DNA of 63,573 bases. Origin: Eledone cirrhosa (taxonomy: Eukaryota). Shown in pieces: positions 30,962 through 44,606 of this stretch. Each line of letters begins with the position of its first letter. The stretch's first letter is position 1. The stretch lies in contig CAXHJY010000902.1 in NCBI GenBank assembly GCA_964016885.1, forward strand, positions 1 through 63,573, written 5' to 3'. The notes beneath the pieces are model-generated. The model saw nothing but the letters and a program-made list of their open reading frames with translations, was not told the origin of the DNA and searched no databases. The translations under genes were made by a program, and so were the position numbers.

Positions 30962-31323
30962 TTGTTTTCTAGGTTCCAACTTGAAGTCTATTATGTAATG
31001 TAAAGAGAAATGTTTATGTTCTATAGTGTTGTTTAATGGATGAGGCTCTGAGATGGCTTAAATTGCTAGAAATAACAGATTTCACTCTGCTTTCTTGAGA
31101 AATGTATCTTTGTATATGTGTGTGTAAATGTAATATGAACACATTGTTTTCTAGGTTCCAACTTGAAGTCTATTATGTAATGTAAAGAGAAATATTTATG
31201 TTCTATAGTGTTGTTTAATGGATGAGGCTCTGAGGTGGCTTAAATTGCTAGAAATAACAGATTTCACTCTGCTTTCTTGAGAAATGTATCTTTGTATATG
31301 TGTGTAAATGTAATATGAACACA
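30962..31323. repeat. Near-perfect tandem duplication, about 183-bp period
   Basis: ttgttttctaggttccaacttgaag... at 30962 and 31145. Confidence 0.9.
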
Positions 31324-31622
31324 TAAGAGAGAGTGTGTGTGTGTAAATACATGTGAGTGGTTCTGTGTATGTGTGTGTGTGGGTGTAGGTGTATGTGTGT
31401 GTCTCTGGGTGCAGGCAAAAGTTTTTTTTGTGTGTGTGTGTGTTTGTATGCGAATGTTTCTCAATATCTGTGTGTGCGGGTATTTTTGTCAGAATGTGTG
31501 TACGTATAATATGAACACACGAGAGTGTGTGTGCGTACATACATGCGAATGCTTCTGTGGATGTGTATGCGAGTATGTTTGCACAGGTGTGTGTACTGTG
31601 TACGTGTAATACGAACACATTT

Positions 31623-31830
31623 ATGCAAGTGTATCTCAGCGAGTGTCTGTGTGTGTATGTGTGCATGCATGCAAGTGTATCTCAGTGAGTGTGTGTGTGT
31701 GTATGTGTGCATGCATGCAAGTGTATCTCAGTGAGTGTGTGTATGTGTGCATGCATGCAAGTGTATCTCAGTGAGTGTATGTGTGTGTATACGTGCATGC
31801 ATGCAAGTGTATCTCACTGAGTGTGTGTGT
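31623..31830. repeat. About 35-40-bp minisatellite (gcatgcatgcaagtgtatctcagtgagtgtg...)
   Basis: Five direct units. Confidence 0.8.
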
Positions 31831-32299
31831 CTGTATACACATACATATATATCCATATATGGCGAAACATGACAGAAAACATCTTCATTCTTCATTAATA
31901 CCAAATAGAATTTCGATTAACATCTTGCAAACTTGTGCAAACAATGAATGCTGTTTATATTTTTTGTAAAATACTTTTTAGTGATTGAATTCTTTCAAAT
32001 ACAACAGAAATAGTTCCACATTGACAGCTTATTGACTTTAAATTTTCGGTCGATAAACACCTGAATTATTCATAAATCCGATTGTAACTGTGAAAGTACG
32101 ACTCTATCAAGTCAGCTAATGCGAATTAATTAATATAGAAAACTTTATTAGAAATAACTTTCAAAGTGGCAATAATAAACGAATATTGACATTAAAAGCA
32201 GCCATGATAAAACGTCTATTGACATTAAAAGCCATAATTCCATAAATACATTTTGACAATTTGTGACTCGGTGCCATTTTTTGAAATTATGCGTATATG

Positions 32300-33090
32300 T
32301 GTAATGTATATATATGTAGTGGATATATGTAGTGTATATATGTGTAGTGTATATGTGTAGTGTATATATGTAGTGTATATGAGTAGTGAATTGTGTAGTG
32401 TATTGTGTAGAGTGTTGTGTAGTGTATATATATGTAGTGTATATATGTAGTATATATGTAGTATATATATGTAGTATATATGTAGTATATATCTAGTGTA
32501 TATATGTAGTATATATGTAGTGTATTGTGTAGTGCATTGTGTAGTGTGTTATGTAGTGTATATATGTAGTATATATATGTAGTATATATGTAGTATATAT
32601 GTAGTGTATATATGTAGTATATATGTAGTGTATTGTGTAGTGCATTGTGTAGTGTGTTATGTAGTGTATATATATATAGTTTATATATGTAGTATATGTG
32701 TAGTGTATATATATAGTATATATATGTAGTATATATATGCAGTATATATGCAGTGTATATATGTAGTATATATGTGTAGTATATATGTGTAGTATATATG
32801 TAGTATATATGTAGTATATATGTAGTATATATGTAGTATATATGTAGTATATATGTAGTATATATGTAGTATATATGTGTATATATGTAGTATATATGTA
32901 TATATATATATATGTGTAGTATATATATAGTGTATATATATATATATATAAATATATATATTTAGTGTATTGAGTCTTGTATATATGTAGTATATATATA
33001 GTGTATTGTGTAGTGTATATATGTAGTGTATATATATATATATAGTGTATATATGTAGTGTGTATATATAGCGTATATATGTAGTGTTGT
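32300..33090. repeat. Degenerate (gtagtatatat)n satellite of about 11 bp
   Basis: Direct reading; source of ORF 32493..33134. Confidence 0.85.
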
Positions 33091-33183
33091 TTATATATTC
33101 CAGACGTCCGTGTCTCGCTCACTGGATCATTCATGCAGTATGTCAGTTAAATATTTTATTTCAAACTAAAACTTTGACATATA

Positions 33184-33372
33184 GCTCTTTCTACTTTTTG
33201 GCACAAGGCCAGCAATGACCCAGTACATTACTGGTACTTTATTTTATCGACCCCCGTAAGGATGAAAGGCAAAGTTAACCTCGGCGGGATTTGAACTCAG
33301 AATGGCAAGGGCCGTAACTCTATGCGTCAAAGCATGGCGTCCGACCCTCTACCAATACTGCCAATCCACCGC
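33184..33372 (-). mobile_element. tRNA-derived SINE with 13-bp target-site duplication
   Basis: TSD actttgacatata at 33171-33183 and 33373-33385; nearly identical to the 5413 copy. Confidence 0.9.
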
Positions 33373-33478
33373 ACTTTGACATATAACACTTTGAATTTTT
33401 GGCGACTTATTATTTTATGTTAAAGAAAATACTGTAGTCGTAGTGTGTGTTTATGCATAAATATATATATATAAATAC

Positions 33479-33548
<70 letters not shown>

Positions 33549-33597
33549 ATATATATATATGTGTGTGTATATATTTATATGTGTATATATATATATA

Positions 33598-33696
<99 letters not shown>

Positions 33697-33735
33697 GTGT
33701 GTGTATATATTTATATGTATATATATATATATAAA

Positions 33736-33792
<57 letters not shown>

Positions 33793-33832
33793 GTGTGTGT
33801 ATATATTTATATGTATATATATATATATAAAC

Positions 33833-33868
<36 letters not shown>

Positions 33869-34364
33869 CGTCAACATCATCTACGTCATCATCATCATCA
33901 TCATCATCATCGTCAACAACCATCCTCATAATCATCACCAACATCATCATTATCACCAACATCATCATCATAATCATCAGCATCATCACCACAATCACCA
34001 CCACAATCATCTACATAGTTTTCCATTCTAAATCAGCATCAGTTTATAGATAAATCTGTTTGCCACTAGAGATGTTTATCTGGAGACAACGACGATGCTG
34101 TTCTGATAGTAAGTCAAATAGAAATACTTGAAATTATTCTTCAACTCTCGTCCTTAATGATGACTGTGAGTTTCTCTCGTTTATCACGCCAATAATATAA
34201 TCAGTAAGACGTCAGGTGAAGATTAAGCCATCAACTAAACTTTATTTATCTTTTTCTCTTTTGCCTTTTTTCCATTTCTTTCTCCTTTCCGTTCTTTCCT
34301 TATTTTTGTATTGTTATTATTGTTATTATTTTTGTTATCTTTATTGCTATTGTTGTTGTTGTTT

Positions 34365-34448
<84 letters not shown>

Positions 34449-34504
34449 TTATGATTTATTGTTGTTTTCAAACACTGTAAATATTGATCCTATACTTACA
34501 TATA

Positions 34505-34546
<42 letters not shown>

Positions 34547-34580
34547 CTTCCCACGTATATATATATATATATTGTATATA

Positions 34581-34649
<69 letters not shown>

Positions 34650-35788
34650 TATATATATACATATATATACATATATATATATATATGCATATATATAGAT
34701 ATATATGTATATATATATGTATATATACTTATATATGTGTGTGTGTATATATGTGTGGGTGTATATGTGTGTATGTGTGTATGTGTGTGTGTGTGTGTGT
34801 ATGTTTGTGTGTGTGTATGTGTATGTGTGTGTGTGTGTGTGTGTGTATCGCTGGAATATCATTCAAATAAATATTTATATAACACAGTCAGTGAGAAGTG
34901 TTTAGTTATATATTGTTGTTGTTGTTGTTAGTGTTGATAGTCATCACCATCATCATCATCATCATCGTCATCATCATCATCATCATGATGACGACTAAGA
35001 CGAACACGATAACGACGACGATGAGAGTGACGACGAAGATAACAATGAAGATGATGATGTCTGAGAACCGGAGTGTGGTCATCTTTTCGTGATAATGGTG
35101 GTGGTGGTGTTAGTGGTGGTGGTGCTGGTGGTGGTGGTGGGGATAATGGTGATGGTGGTGTTAGTGGTGGTGGTGGTGGTGGTGGTGTGGATGGTGGGGA
35201 TAGTGGTCGTGGTGGTGGTGGTGGATGTGGTGGTGTGGATGGTGGGGATAGTGGTGGTATTGGTGGTGGTGGTGGTGGTGGTGGTGGTGGTGGTGGTGGT
35301 GGTGGTGGTGTTGTTGGTGGTGGTGTTGTTGGTGGTGGTGGTGGTAGGGTGACAGTGTTGTCAGTGATGATGACGGTGGTGGTGGTGGTGGTGATAATGG
35401 TGATGGAGGTGATGTTGGTGTTGGTGGTGGTGGTGGTGGTAGTTTTGATAACCGTAACGATAATGCTGAAGATTATTATGATATAGATGGCGCTAACAGC
35501 GATAAAGATGTCCTCAGGTCTATAGCTACTCCACACAATTATATTTCTACAGACATTCTAACCATTTCCAAATTTTATTCCCATTGGGAATTGTCTTAGA
35601 GACGCGTAGAATGTTTCCTCACACACATATACAAGTATTTGTACTAACCTATATATATTTACATACATACATATTTATTACGTAGATATATACATACGTA
35701 CATGCAAGATTTATACCAACCGCCCTATATACATACATACCCGTATACATAAACACATATATACTAACACACACACACACTCACACAT

Positions 35789-35819
<31 letters not shown>

Positions 35820-35892
35820 AATGCGTACATATATACATGCATACATATATATATATATATATATATATACATACAAACATACATACATACAA

Positions 35893-35960
<68 letters not shown>

Positions 35961-35963
<3 letters not shown>

Positions 35964-36104
35964 TGAGATTCTACAGGACTAGAACTGTTTCATTCATTAG
36001 AAATCATAGTCCTGTAGAATCTCATCTATATTAAAACTGTTATACTCTGCTATGTATTGAGTACCTTACTTACTGTGGTTACCTCCGATTCAACCCGGAA
36101 TAAC

Positions 36105-36107
<3 letters not shown>
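35961..36107. mobile_element. HHR element family A, fold-back copy
   Basis: Inverted HHR part (35961-36007) joined to the sense 3' end agtcctgtagaatc...aacccggaataacg; in (TA)n. Confidence 0.8.
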
Positions 36108-36139
<32 letters not shown>

Positions 36140-36164
36140 AATAAACACACACACACACACACAT

Positions 36165-36198
<34 letters not shown>

Positions 36199-36235
36199 TT
36201 AAGCATGCATATACATATACACACATACATACGTA

Positions 36236-36495
36236 CAGGGCTAGAATGGGACTCCGTCGGTTTCGATGCAGAGTTCTCACCCTCAGACCCTCATTCCAGC
36301 CAGTTCTGTCAGAAGCAACCGTCTCTAATTGTTCCGGCTGGATCACCCAAGTAAGACAAGCCGTACACTTGTATATTATCCAACCATATTTCTCGCGGGG
36401 AACAAATATTATGAGTTACCTCATTCGATAGCACCGCTTTATCAGTTTTCTTGCCAGTGTTTACACCTTCGCCTGTATACATAGTCGACGAAAGA
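36236..36495 (-). pseudogene. Decayed 3'-terminal fragment of an RTE-type LINE
   Basis: Frameshifted peptides PREIWLDNI and IQPEQLETVASDRTGW resemble the RTE C-terminal P..W.D...A.DR..W pattern. Confidence 0.55.
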
Positions 36496-36504
36496 TAAAC
36501 ACAC

Positions 36505-36538
<34 letters not shown>

Positions 36539-36542
<4 letters not shown>

Positions 36543-36670
36543 CGAAGGAAATGTGGTAAGGAACCAGGTGGACCATAACGCACCAAAATACTCAATACTT
36601 AGGGTAGTAGAGTGGGTAATAGGAACCAGTAAGACCCCGACGGCTGAGCTCAAGCCGTTTCGACGGCTAT
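36539..36670 (-). mobile_element. Element family B
   Basis: Near-exact reverse complement of 41270-41400; between (TA)n tracts. Confidence 0.8.
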
Positions 36671-36708
36671 ATATAAGTGTGTGTGTGTGGATATATATAT
36701 ATATATAT

Positions 36709-36777
<69 letters not shown>

Positions 36778-36778
<1 letters not shown>

Positions 36779-36964
36779 GTTATTCCGGGTTGAATCGGAG
36801 GTAACCACAGTAAGTAAGGTACTCAATACATAGCAGAGTATAACAGTTTTAATATAGATGAGATTCTACAGGACTAGAACTGTTTCATTCATTAGAAATC
36901 ATCAGGATGATTTCTAATGAATGAAACAGTTCTAGTCCTGTAGAATCTCATCTATATTAAAACT
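36778..36964 (-). mobile_element. HHR element family A with an about 120-bp fold-back centred at about 36904
   Basis: Minus-strand CUGAUGA (36905-36899)...GAAACAG...CUGUA; the stem I 5' strand is replaced by the inversion. Confidence 0.8.
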
Positions 36965-37135
36965 ATATATATATATATATATATACGTATATATATATAG
37001 AGAGAGATATACATATACATGGGTACATATAAATATATAGATATACATACATTTAAAGTTAAATCGTATGTGTGTATGTATACATAATTGTATATATATG
37101 TATACATATGTATCTATATATATATATCTGTATCT

Positions 37136-37170
<35 letters not shown>

Positions 37171-37180
37171 CATACATATA

Positions 37181-37216
<36 letters not shown>

Positions 37217-37631
37217 CATACATATATATATATACGTACGATTTAACTTTATTTATATTTCTGCTCTCCTTTCCTCTCCTCTCCTCTTCTCTCCTCCACC
37301 ACCTCACCTCCTCCTTCTCCTCGTCCACCACCTTTCCTTCTAGTCTACACGACAGATGGCCGTATATGCTGTATATCATGTTTGTTATTATCTTCTGCTA
37401 CGGCTCATGTTGTACAATGTCATGCTCGGTTGAATAAAAGTCGCCTTTTTGTCTACGATCAAACCTACATCAAACTATTGCTTCCATATTGAGTAAAATA
37501 AAGGGCAAGACAAGATGTGAAGAGAAAGATGTTTTAGTTAGTTTAGGCGTCATGTATTTAGCATGTCGTGTCTTGATGGCATGCTTCTCATTTCAGGTTA
37601 TTTACTTATTGAAAAAAATATATTAAAAAAA

Positions 37632-37800
37632 GGTGGTAGATTGGCAGCAGAAATTGGTAGAGCGTCGGTCGGACAATATGATTTGTGATATATAGTAATG
37701 TCCCTTTTTACGTTGCGTTCTGAGTTCGAATCACCGAGTTCAAAGTACCAGTAATGCACTGGGGTCGATTTAATCGACTCCCCCCCCCCAAAAAAAAATA
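37632..37800 (+). mobile_element. Old, internally deleted SINE (long subfamily)
   Basis: ttggcagcagaaattggtagagcgtc head, gagttcgaatc B-box, aagtaccagtaatgcactggggtcgatt. Confidence 0.65.
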
Positions 37801-37832
37801 AATTAAATAAGAAATCAATATTTATTTATTTA

Positions 37833-37885
37833 TTTAAGCAAAGAATCGCTGCTTTCACCCTTAACGGAATCTTCTGAAACTAACA
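37833..37885 (-). repeat. Family F HHR-like motif with (TAAA)n tail
   Basis: Reverse complement of 49273-49325 with 2 mismatches. Confidence 0.7.
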
Positions 37886-37903
37886 TTATTATTATTATTA
37901 TTA

Positions 37904-37935
<32 letters not shown>

Positions 37936-38110
37936 AATAGAAAACAAGAGGAAGTTTCGTTTACATATGAAAGATATTTATTGCGTATCGACCTGTTATA
38001 AATATTTTTCATATGTAAACAAAACTTCCTCGTTTTTTCTATTATATACATTCTGCCTGTGCATAGAGTGCTTGATTTGGTACCAACACCAGTATTTCAT
38101 CGTACTACCT

Positions 38111-38147
<37 letters not shown>

Positions 38148-38330
38148 ATACTTGGGGAGGGTCATATTTGTGTAATATTGCCAGAATTAATAACAGAACA
38201 CACTCACTGTTTGGTTGGTTTTCGCTTCTCGCTGTCTTTTATATCTGCGATCTAACTTAATCGGTCCTCAATGTTGCCATATATATAATATATAATATAT
38301 AATATATATAATATGTTGCCATATATATAA

Positions 38331-38630
38331 TATAAAACAAAAAATCAGTGATGCATCTAGACTTAGTTTATTGTGTGTCGGCAGATAGCTCGAGACACGA
38401 TCATTGTATGGATCTGTATGATTCTAGAACTGCGGGTTCTTCGGACACATGCAATTCTTTCGGAGCAAATTTTCTCACTGAGTGAGAAAGCATTGCATGT
38501 GTCCGAAGAACCCGCAGTTCTAGAATCAGACAGATCCACACAATGATCGTGTCTTGAGCTGTCCGCCGGCGAAACAATTGTAACACACAATAAACTGAGT
38601 CTAGATGCATCACTGATTTTTCGTTTTATA
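38331..38630. mobile_element. About 300-bp fold-back element family E with a degenerate HHR
   Basis: Arms of about 120-140 bp are inverted; the right arm has GUGU-CU--UGA-GCU...GGC-GAAAC-aauu-GUA-ACAC (38549-38586). Confidence 0.75.
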
Positions 38631-38709
38631 ATATATCACACTCTGCTCTGTAAGAAAATAGAGTGCTCAACTGGCATACCGCCTATGGAAGTACCATAGC
38701 TACCATTAA

Positions 38710-38764
<55 letters not shown>

Positions 38765-39652
38765 ATACATACATACAGACCGTTATTGCTCCATCAGTCC
38801 ACAAGCACTTAGCAAATAATCTAAACGGAATACCAACCGGTCTTCTTGACTCCTGCTAAACCAAACCACGATGCATGCATGTATGTGAACGTGCATATGT
38901 GTGTATGTATATATGTACGTATATGTATCTAAAACGTAGTGTGCTTAGTAAACATCAACTACAGCAACAACAGCAGCAGCAACAACAACGACTATTTAAA
39001 AACAACAAGCCTGTCATGGAACGGATAACAACAGTTTATTTCTTCCTTTGAACATAAAATACTAAACATAAAAATGAGATCATGAGTTTTGTTTCAAATT
39101 CCACGTGAATATTCAGCCATTTATTTTGACTTGCAGAGCAATGTAGAACATTCTATAGAATTTTCCAGTTCAAGAAACTAACAAGAATAAAGAAAAAGGG
39201 CAACATAGGTGATAAAAACAACACCAGATAAATCCCAATGACTATTCATAGGATTCTTATAATATGTGAAAGGGTGAGAAAAAAGAAACCATTCTTTATT
39301 GAAATGTAGAGGACTTTATTGCAGTAACTGACAAATGACGGTTTTCAAAGATTTCAAGATCTTCCAGATATCAATGTTAGAAAATGTGTTTAAATGATAG
39401 GAAAACAACAACAGCAAAAAATTCGGAATTATTAAAGCAAATTAAAGATGAGAATCAAAAATGTAATAAATTCACATTGTGTGTACACAAAGACACACAT
39501 ATATTATACATATATATACAAACACACACACATACTATTATACATATATATATACATACACTCACACGCTAACATACTATGCATACATGCATATTGTTTC
39601 AAGCGTTAAACTAATATATTTCTTCATTGCACTGTATCGTTTTCTTTGTTAT

Positions 39653-39696
<44 letters not shown>

Positions 39697-39756
39697 CTAA
39701 ATATATATATATATATATATATGTCTAAATATTTATATATATATATATAAATATAA

Positions 39757-39897
<141 letters not shown>

Positions 39898-40120
39898 AAA
39901 GAGCGTATATATATATATAATATGAGTAATTCGAGTATCTGTATGTTTTATTGGGAATATTCCAATAATTTTAGCATATTTGTTTCTTTTATCGATCATT
40001 TTACATCTCATTTACATCATCAAACATTTTCACCTAAATGTCCTCACCCGTTCTTACGACTAGTAACTCTTTCTCACTCTCTCTGACTTTATATATATAT
40101 ATATATATATATCATCATCA

Positions 40121-40325
40121 TCATCACCATCATCATCAACGTTTAACGTCCGTGTTCCACGCTTGCATGGGTTTGGGCGGGGGTTTTCCCCATTTGAGGC
40201 AAGAGTGATTATCTTGCTCGCATAGGAATATCTGGCGGGTTTTCTACGGCTGGATGCCCTTCCTAACACCAACCACATTTACAGTGTGGGGCTGGGAGGT
40301 TTTTACCGTGTTGCCTACACGGCCA
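40121..40325 (-). mobile_element. 5'-truncated SINE with (GAT)n tail
   Basis: Minus strand aggaagggcatccagccgtagaaa...gcaagcgtggaacacggacgttaaacgttgatgatg, recalled as a common octopod SINE 3' half. Confidence 0.65.
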
Positions 40326-40435
40326 CATTACAGCGTGGATATATACTTATATACATATATATCTATATGTACATTTATACATATTTTTATATATATGTAT
40401 ATATATATATACATGTGTGTGTGTGTGTGTGTGTA

Positions 40436-40476
<41 letters not shown>

Positions 40477-40513
40477 GTATGTGTGTATATGTATCTATCT
40501 ATATATCTATCTA

Positions 40514-40567
<54 letters not shown>

Positions 40568-40578
40568 CATACATATAT

Positions 40579-40644
<66 letters not shown>

Positions 40645-41056
40645 TCTTTTCACTCTGTCTTAATATCTCCCTTTCTCAGTAATGCTCCCGTTACATTTAT
40701 CTTTCCTTTATTTTCCTTTCCCTTTCGTCTCATTGTCGTTATATTAGTTATTGTTATAATTGTCATTGTCATTGTTGTTGTAGTTGTTATTGTATTGTTG
40801 TTGTTGTTGTTATTGTATTGTTGTTTTTGTTGTTGCTGTTATTGTATTGTTGTTGTTGTTATTATATTGTTGTTTTTGTTGTTGTTGCTGTTATTGTATT
40901 GTTGTTGTTGTTGTTGTTGCTGTTATTGTATTGTTGTCATTGTTGTTGCTGTTACTGCTGCTGCTGTTCTTGTTGACATCATCCATTGCCATGTTTGTTT
41001 TGTTCATTTTATTATCTCCCTTTTGAGGTCACTCTTCACTATTTCACTGCATATCT

Positions 41057-41137
<81 letters not shown>

Positions 41138-41214
41138 ATATTTATTCTCATATACATATACATGCACATACACATAGATATAGAGATACATATACACATA
41201 TAAATAAATATACA

Positions 41215-41247
<33 letters not shown>

Positions 41248-41250
<3 letters not shown>

Positions 41251-41400
41251 AACAAGTAAGACCCAGAATTAGCCGTCGAAACGGCTTGAGCTCAGCCGTC
41301 GGGGTCTTACTTGTTCCTATTACCCACTCTACTACCCTAAGTATTGAGTACTTTGGTGCGTTATGGTCCACCTGGTTCCTTACCACATTTCCTTCGTTAT
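41248..41400 (+). mobile_element. Element family B with a short 5' inversion
   Basis: GAAA 41278-41281, stem III CGGCU/AGCCG with GAGCUC in the loop, GUC 41298-41300; upstream aggaacaagtaagaccc is the inverse of the post-cleavage sequence. Confidence 0.8.
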
Positions 41401-41438
41401 ATATATATATATATATACCAATTATTATTTTAGGTCCC

Positions 41439-41542
<104 letters not shown>

Positions 41543-41759
41543 CTGTCTGTGTGTGTGTGTATGTCCATATGTGATTCTCAACAGCCATATTTGATATCCA
41601 GCAGATAATTCTATAAAATGTTGATACTCCAATATATTTTGCGAAAATTTTAATCCCGGTATTAAATAAATACAACTTGGCATTGTTATTGTCAGTTCTT
41701 GTTGTTTATTGCAATGTGATATTGTCATTGTTGCTGTTATTGTTGTTGTTATTGTTGTT

Positions 41760-41791
<32 letters not shown>

Positions 41792-42126
41792 CACTACTTG
41801 TTGTTTATTACGATATGATATTGTTATTGTTGCTGTTATTGTTGTTGTTATTGTTGTTGTTGCTGTTGTTGTGGTTGTTGTTGTTGTTGTTGTTTATTGC
41901 AATGTGATATTGTTATTGTTGGTGTTATTGTTGTTGTTATTGTTGTTGTGGTGTTATTGTTTTTTGTTGGTGGTGTTTATTATCACAACGTGATATTTGT
42001 TGTTGTCCCTGCAATTGTTGTTGTTGTTATTCCTCGTTTAACGTTTCATTATCATTATTGCTGTTGTTTTTGTTGTTGTTGTTCTTGTTGTTCTTGTTCT
42101 TGTTATTGTTATTGCTCATTTAACGT

Positions 42127-42169
<43 letters not shown>

Positions 42170-42371
42170 CCATCATTATTATTATTATTTTTATTATTAT
42201 TATTATTATTATTATTTTCATTTTTCTTTATGTTGTTATTGCTGTTGTTGTTATTATTGTTGTTGTTGTTGTTATTGTTGTCGTCTTTATTTTTCTTATC
42301 TTATATTATTTCTTTCTTTCTTTTCTTTCCCTAAAACCCCACCAAATCCACAAAAGATTGCAAGTGTCAAT

Positions 42372-42388
42372 CACAGTAGATGGCGCTG
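42372..42388 (+). promoter_or_regulatory. Putative CTCF-binding motif
   Basis: cacagtagatggcgctg matches the CTCF core CAGYAGRKGGCGC; a partial second match tagatggcgct lies at 35484-35494. Confidence 0.35.
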
Positions 42389-42449
42389 TAGTGTAATAAA
42401 CGCAATTGTTGCCATAACTGTTGATAGGAAATGCAAATATCCTCTCTTC

Positions 42450-43510
42450 ACAACACCACCACTATCCCCCTCCTCACCCACCCCCCATCACCGCCACCAC
42501 TCTACCCCTTTTCACAACACCACCACCACTATCCCCCTCATCACACCACCACTCTCCCCCTTTTCACAACACCACCACCACTAACCCCCCTCCTCACACC
42601 ACCACCACTCCCCCCTCCTCACACCAACACCACCACTCTCCCCCGCCTCACACCACCACTATCCCCTCCTCACACCGCCACTATCCCCCTCCTCACACCA
42701 CCACTACCTCACCCTTTATCGAACCGATAACGTCTGTTGGGAAGACAGCACAAGAAATATTTTGTTGTCGAGGGGGGAGGAGGGGGACTGGTGTTGCTGC
42801 TGATGTTGATGATGATGATGATGATGGTATCAGTGTTGGTGGTGGTGACGGCGGAGATGACGGTTGTGATGGTAGTAGTGTTGGTGGTGATGGTATTAGT
42901 GGTGGTAGTGGTGGTAGTGGTGATGGTGGTGATGGTATTAGGTGTAGTGGTGCTAGTAGTGGTGGTGGTGGTGGTGATGGTATTAGTGGTGGTAGTGGTG
43001 GTGGTGGTGATGGTATTAGTGGTGGTAGTGGTGGTGGTGGTGATGGTATTAGGTGTAGTGGTGATGGTGGTGGTGATGGTATTAGGTGTAGTGGTGGTAG
43101 TGATGGTGATGGTATTAGGTTTAGTGGTGGTAGTGGTGGTGGTGGTGATGGTGGTGATGGTGGTGATGGTATTAGGTGTAGTGGTGGTAGTAGTGGTGGT
43201 GGTGATGGTATTAGTGGTGGTAGTGGTGGTGGTGGTGATGGTATTAGGTGTAGTGGTGATGGTGGTGGTGATGGTATTAGGTGTAGTGGTGATGGTGGTG
43301 GTGGTGATGGTATTAGTGGTGGTAGTGGTGGTGGTGGTGATGGTATTAGTGGTGGTAGTGGTGGTGGTGGTGATGGTATTAGTGGTGGTGGTGGTGATGG
43401 TGGTGGTGATGGTATTAGGTGTAGTGGTGGTGATGGTGGTGGTGATGGTATTAGGTGTAGTGGTGGTAGTGATGGTGATGGTATTAGGTGTAGTGGTGGT
43501 GATGGTGGTG
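42450..43510. repeat. C-rich unit array of about 24 bp (42450-42710) and G-rich ggtgatggtattag array (42840-43510)
   Basis: Direct tandem units; source of the 369/300/274-aa low-complexity ORFs. Confidence 0.8.
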
Positions 43511-43803
43511 GAACTGCTGTTTCTTGTTAACATATATATCTATATCGAATATATATATATATATATATTATATAGATTTGTAGAATCAGTTCCTTTATGT
43601 TTCTCTACCATTTTTATGTCCATCCATATATCAGTCTGAACAACTGTTAATGTCAGACTTACAAGTGTGAAGTAGTTACACCAATGGAGAGATGGACAGA
43701 GAAACAGCCATCAACTCAACCCTTGGCTATTAATCTATTCACTCGGACCACTACCACCACCTTGCCAGAGATTCATGTATGAACATATAAATATATATAT
43801 AAA

Positions 43804-43924
<121 letters not shown>

Positions 43925-43989
43925 ATAATAATAGTTATAATAATAAATTTGAAGACTAAAATCCAAAGACGGCCCGATAACACAAACAT

Positions 43990-44032
<43 letters not shown>

Positions 44033-44033
<1 letters not shown>

Positions 44034-44121
44034 GTTATTCCGGGTTGAGTCGGCAGATTCCTGATGATTTCTAAAGAATGAAACAGTTCTAGTCCTGTAG
44101 AATCTCATCTATATTAAAACT
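44033..44121 (+). mobile_element. HHR element family A: inverted 3' terminus fused to an intact ribozyme
   Basis: 44033-44053 is the reverse complement of the family 3' end; flanked by (TA)n on both sides. Confidence 0.8.
44055..44105 (+). ncRNA. Type I hammerhead ribozyme (family A)
   Basis: Stem I AGAUUC/GAAUCU; CUGAUGA 44061-44067; stem II U-UUC-uaaa-GAA-U; GAAA 44080-44083; stem III ACAG/CUGU with loop UUCUAGUC; predicted GUA cleavage after 44099. Confidence 0.75.
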
Positions 44122-44136
44122 TATATATATATATAT

Positions 44137-44215
<79 letters not shown>

Positions 44216-44494
44216 TGTGTGTGTGTGTAAAGATTTCAGATTTAGCATTATTCCTACATAGTCAGCCTCTGAACCTTTCAGCCAACACTCGTAATTTAAA
44301 AGGTTTTCTTCGATGATTTTCCCATGAAAAGTCTATATACACTACATCACTCACTAATACGAATTTTCAAACACGCCAGCGTTGGAACCTCTCCAAGGTT
44401 TGATGAAATTACAGGAAGTGCGACCAAGCCCTCTCCAAGCCCCAAACCTACTATATCAAAAATGGTTGAGAGACGAAAGATAATATAATATAGA

Positions 44495-44606
44495 TAAGTT
44501 TATCAAACTGGCGAATCGTGGCCAGAATCACTTTTTTACCAAAACCTGGCTTGACTCTAAACCAAACTCAGTTCTATACAAGAAATTTGTAATTCCGGTG
44601 ATTGAG
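44495..44606 (+). pseudogene. Possible ancient non-LTR retrotransposon RT-thumb remnant
   Basis: Manual translation KLANRGQNHFFTKTWLDSKPNSVLYKKFVIPVIE resembles the W...LYK.F.RP..E pattern of Jockey/CR1/I-group LINEs; short and weak. Confidence 0.3.

Noticed and set aside
42421-43639. 369-aa Pro/His then Gly-rich ORF resembling a structural protein
   Set aside because: It overlaps long ORFs in other frames, lies wholly in GGT/ACC minisatellites, and has no signal peptide or ATG start.
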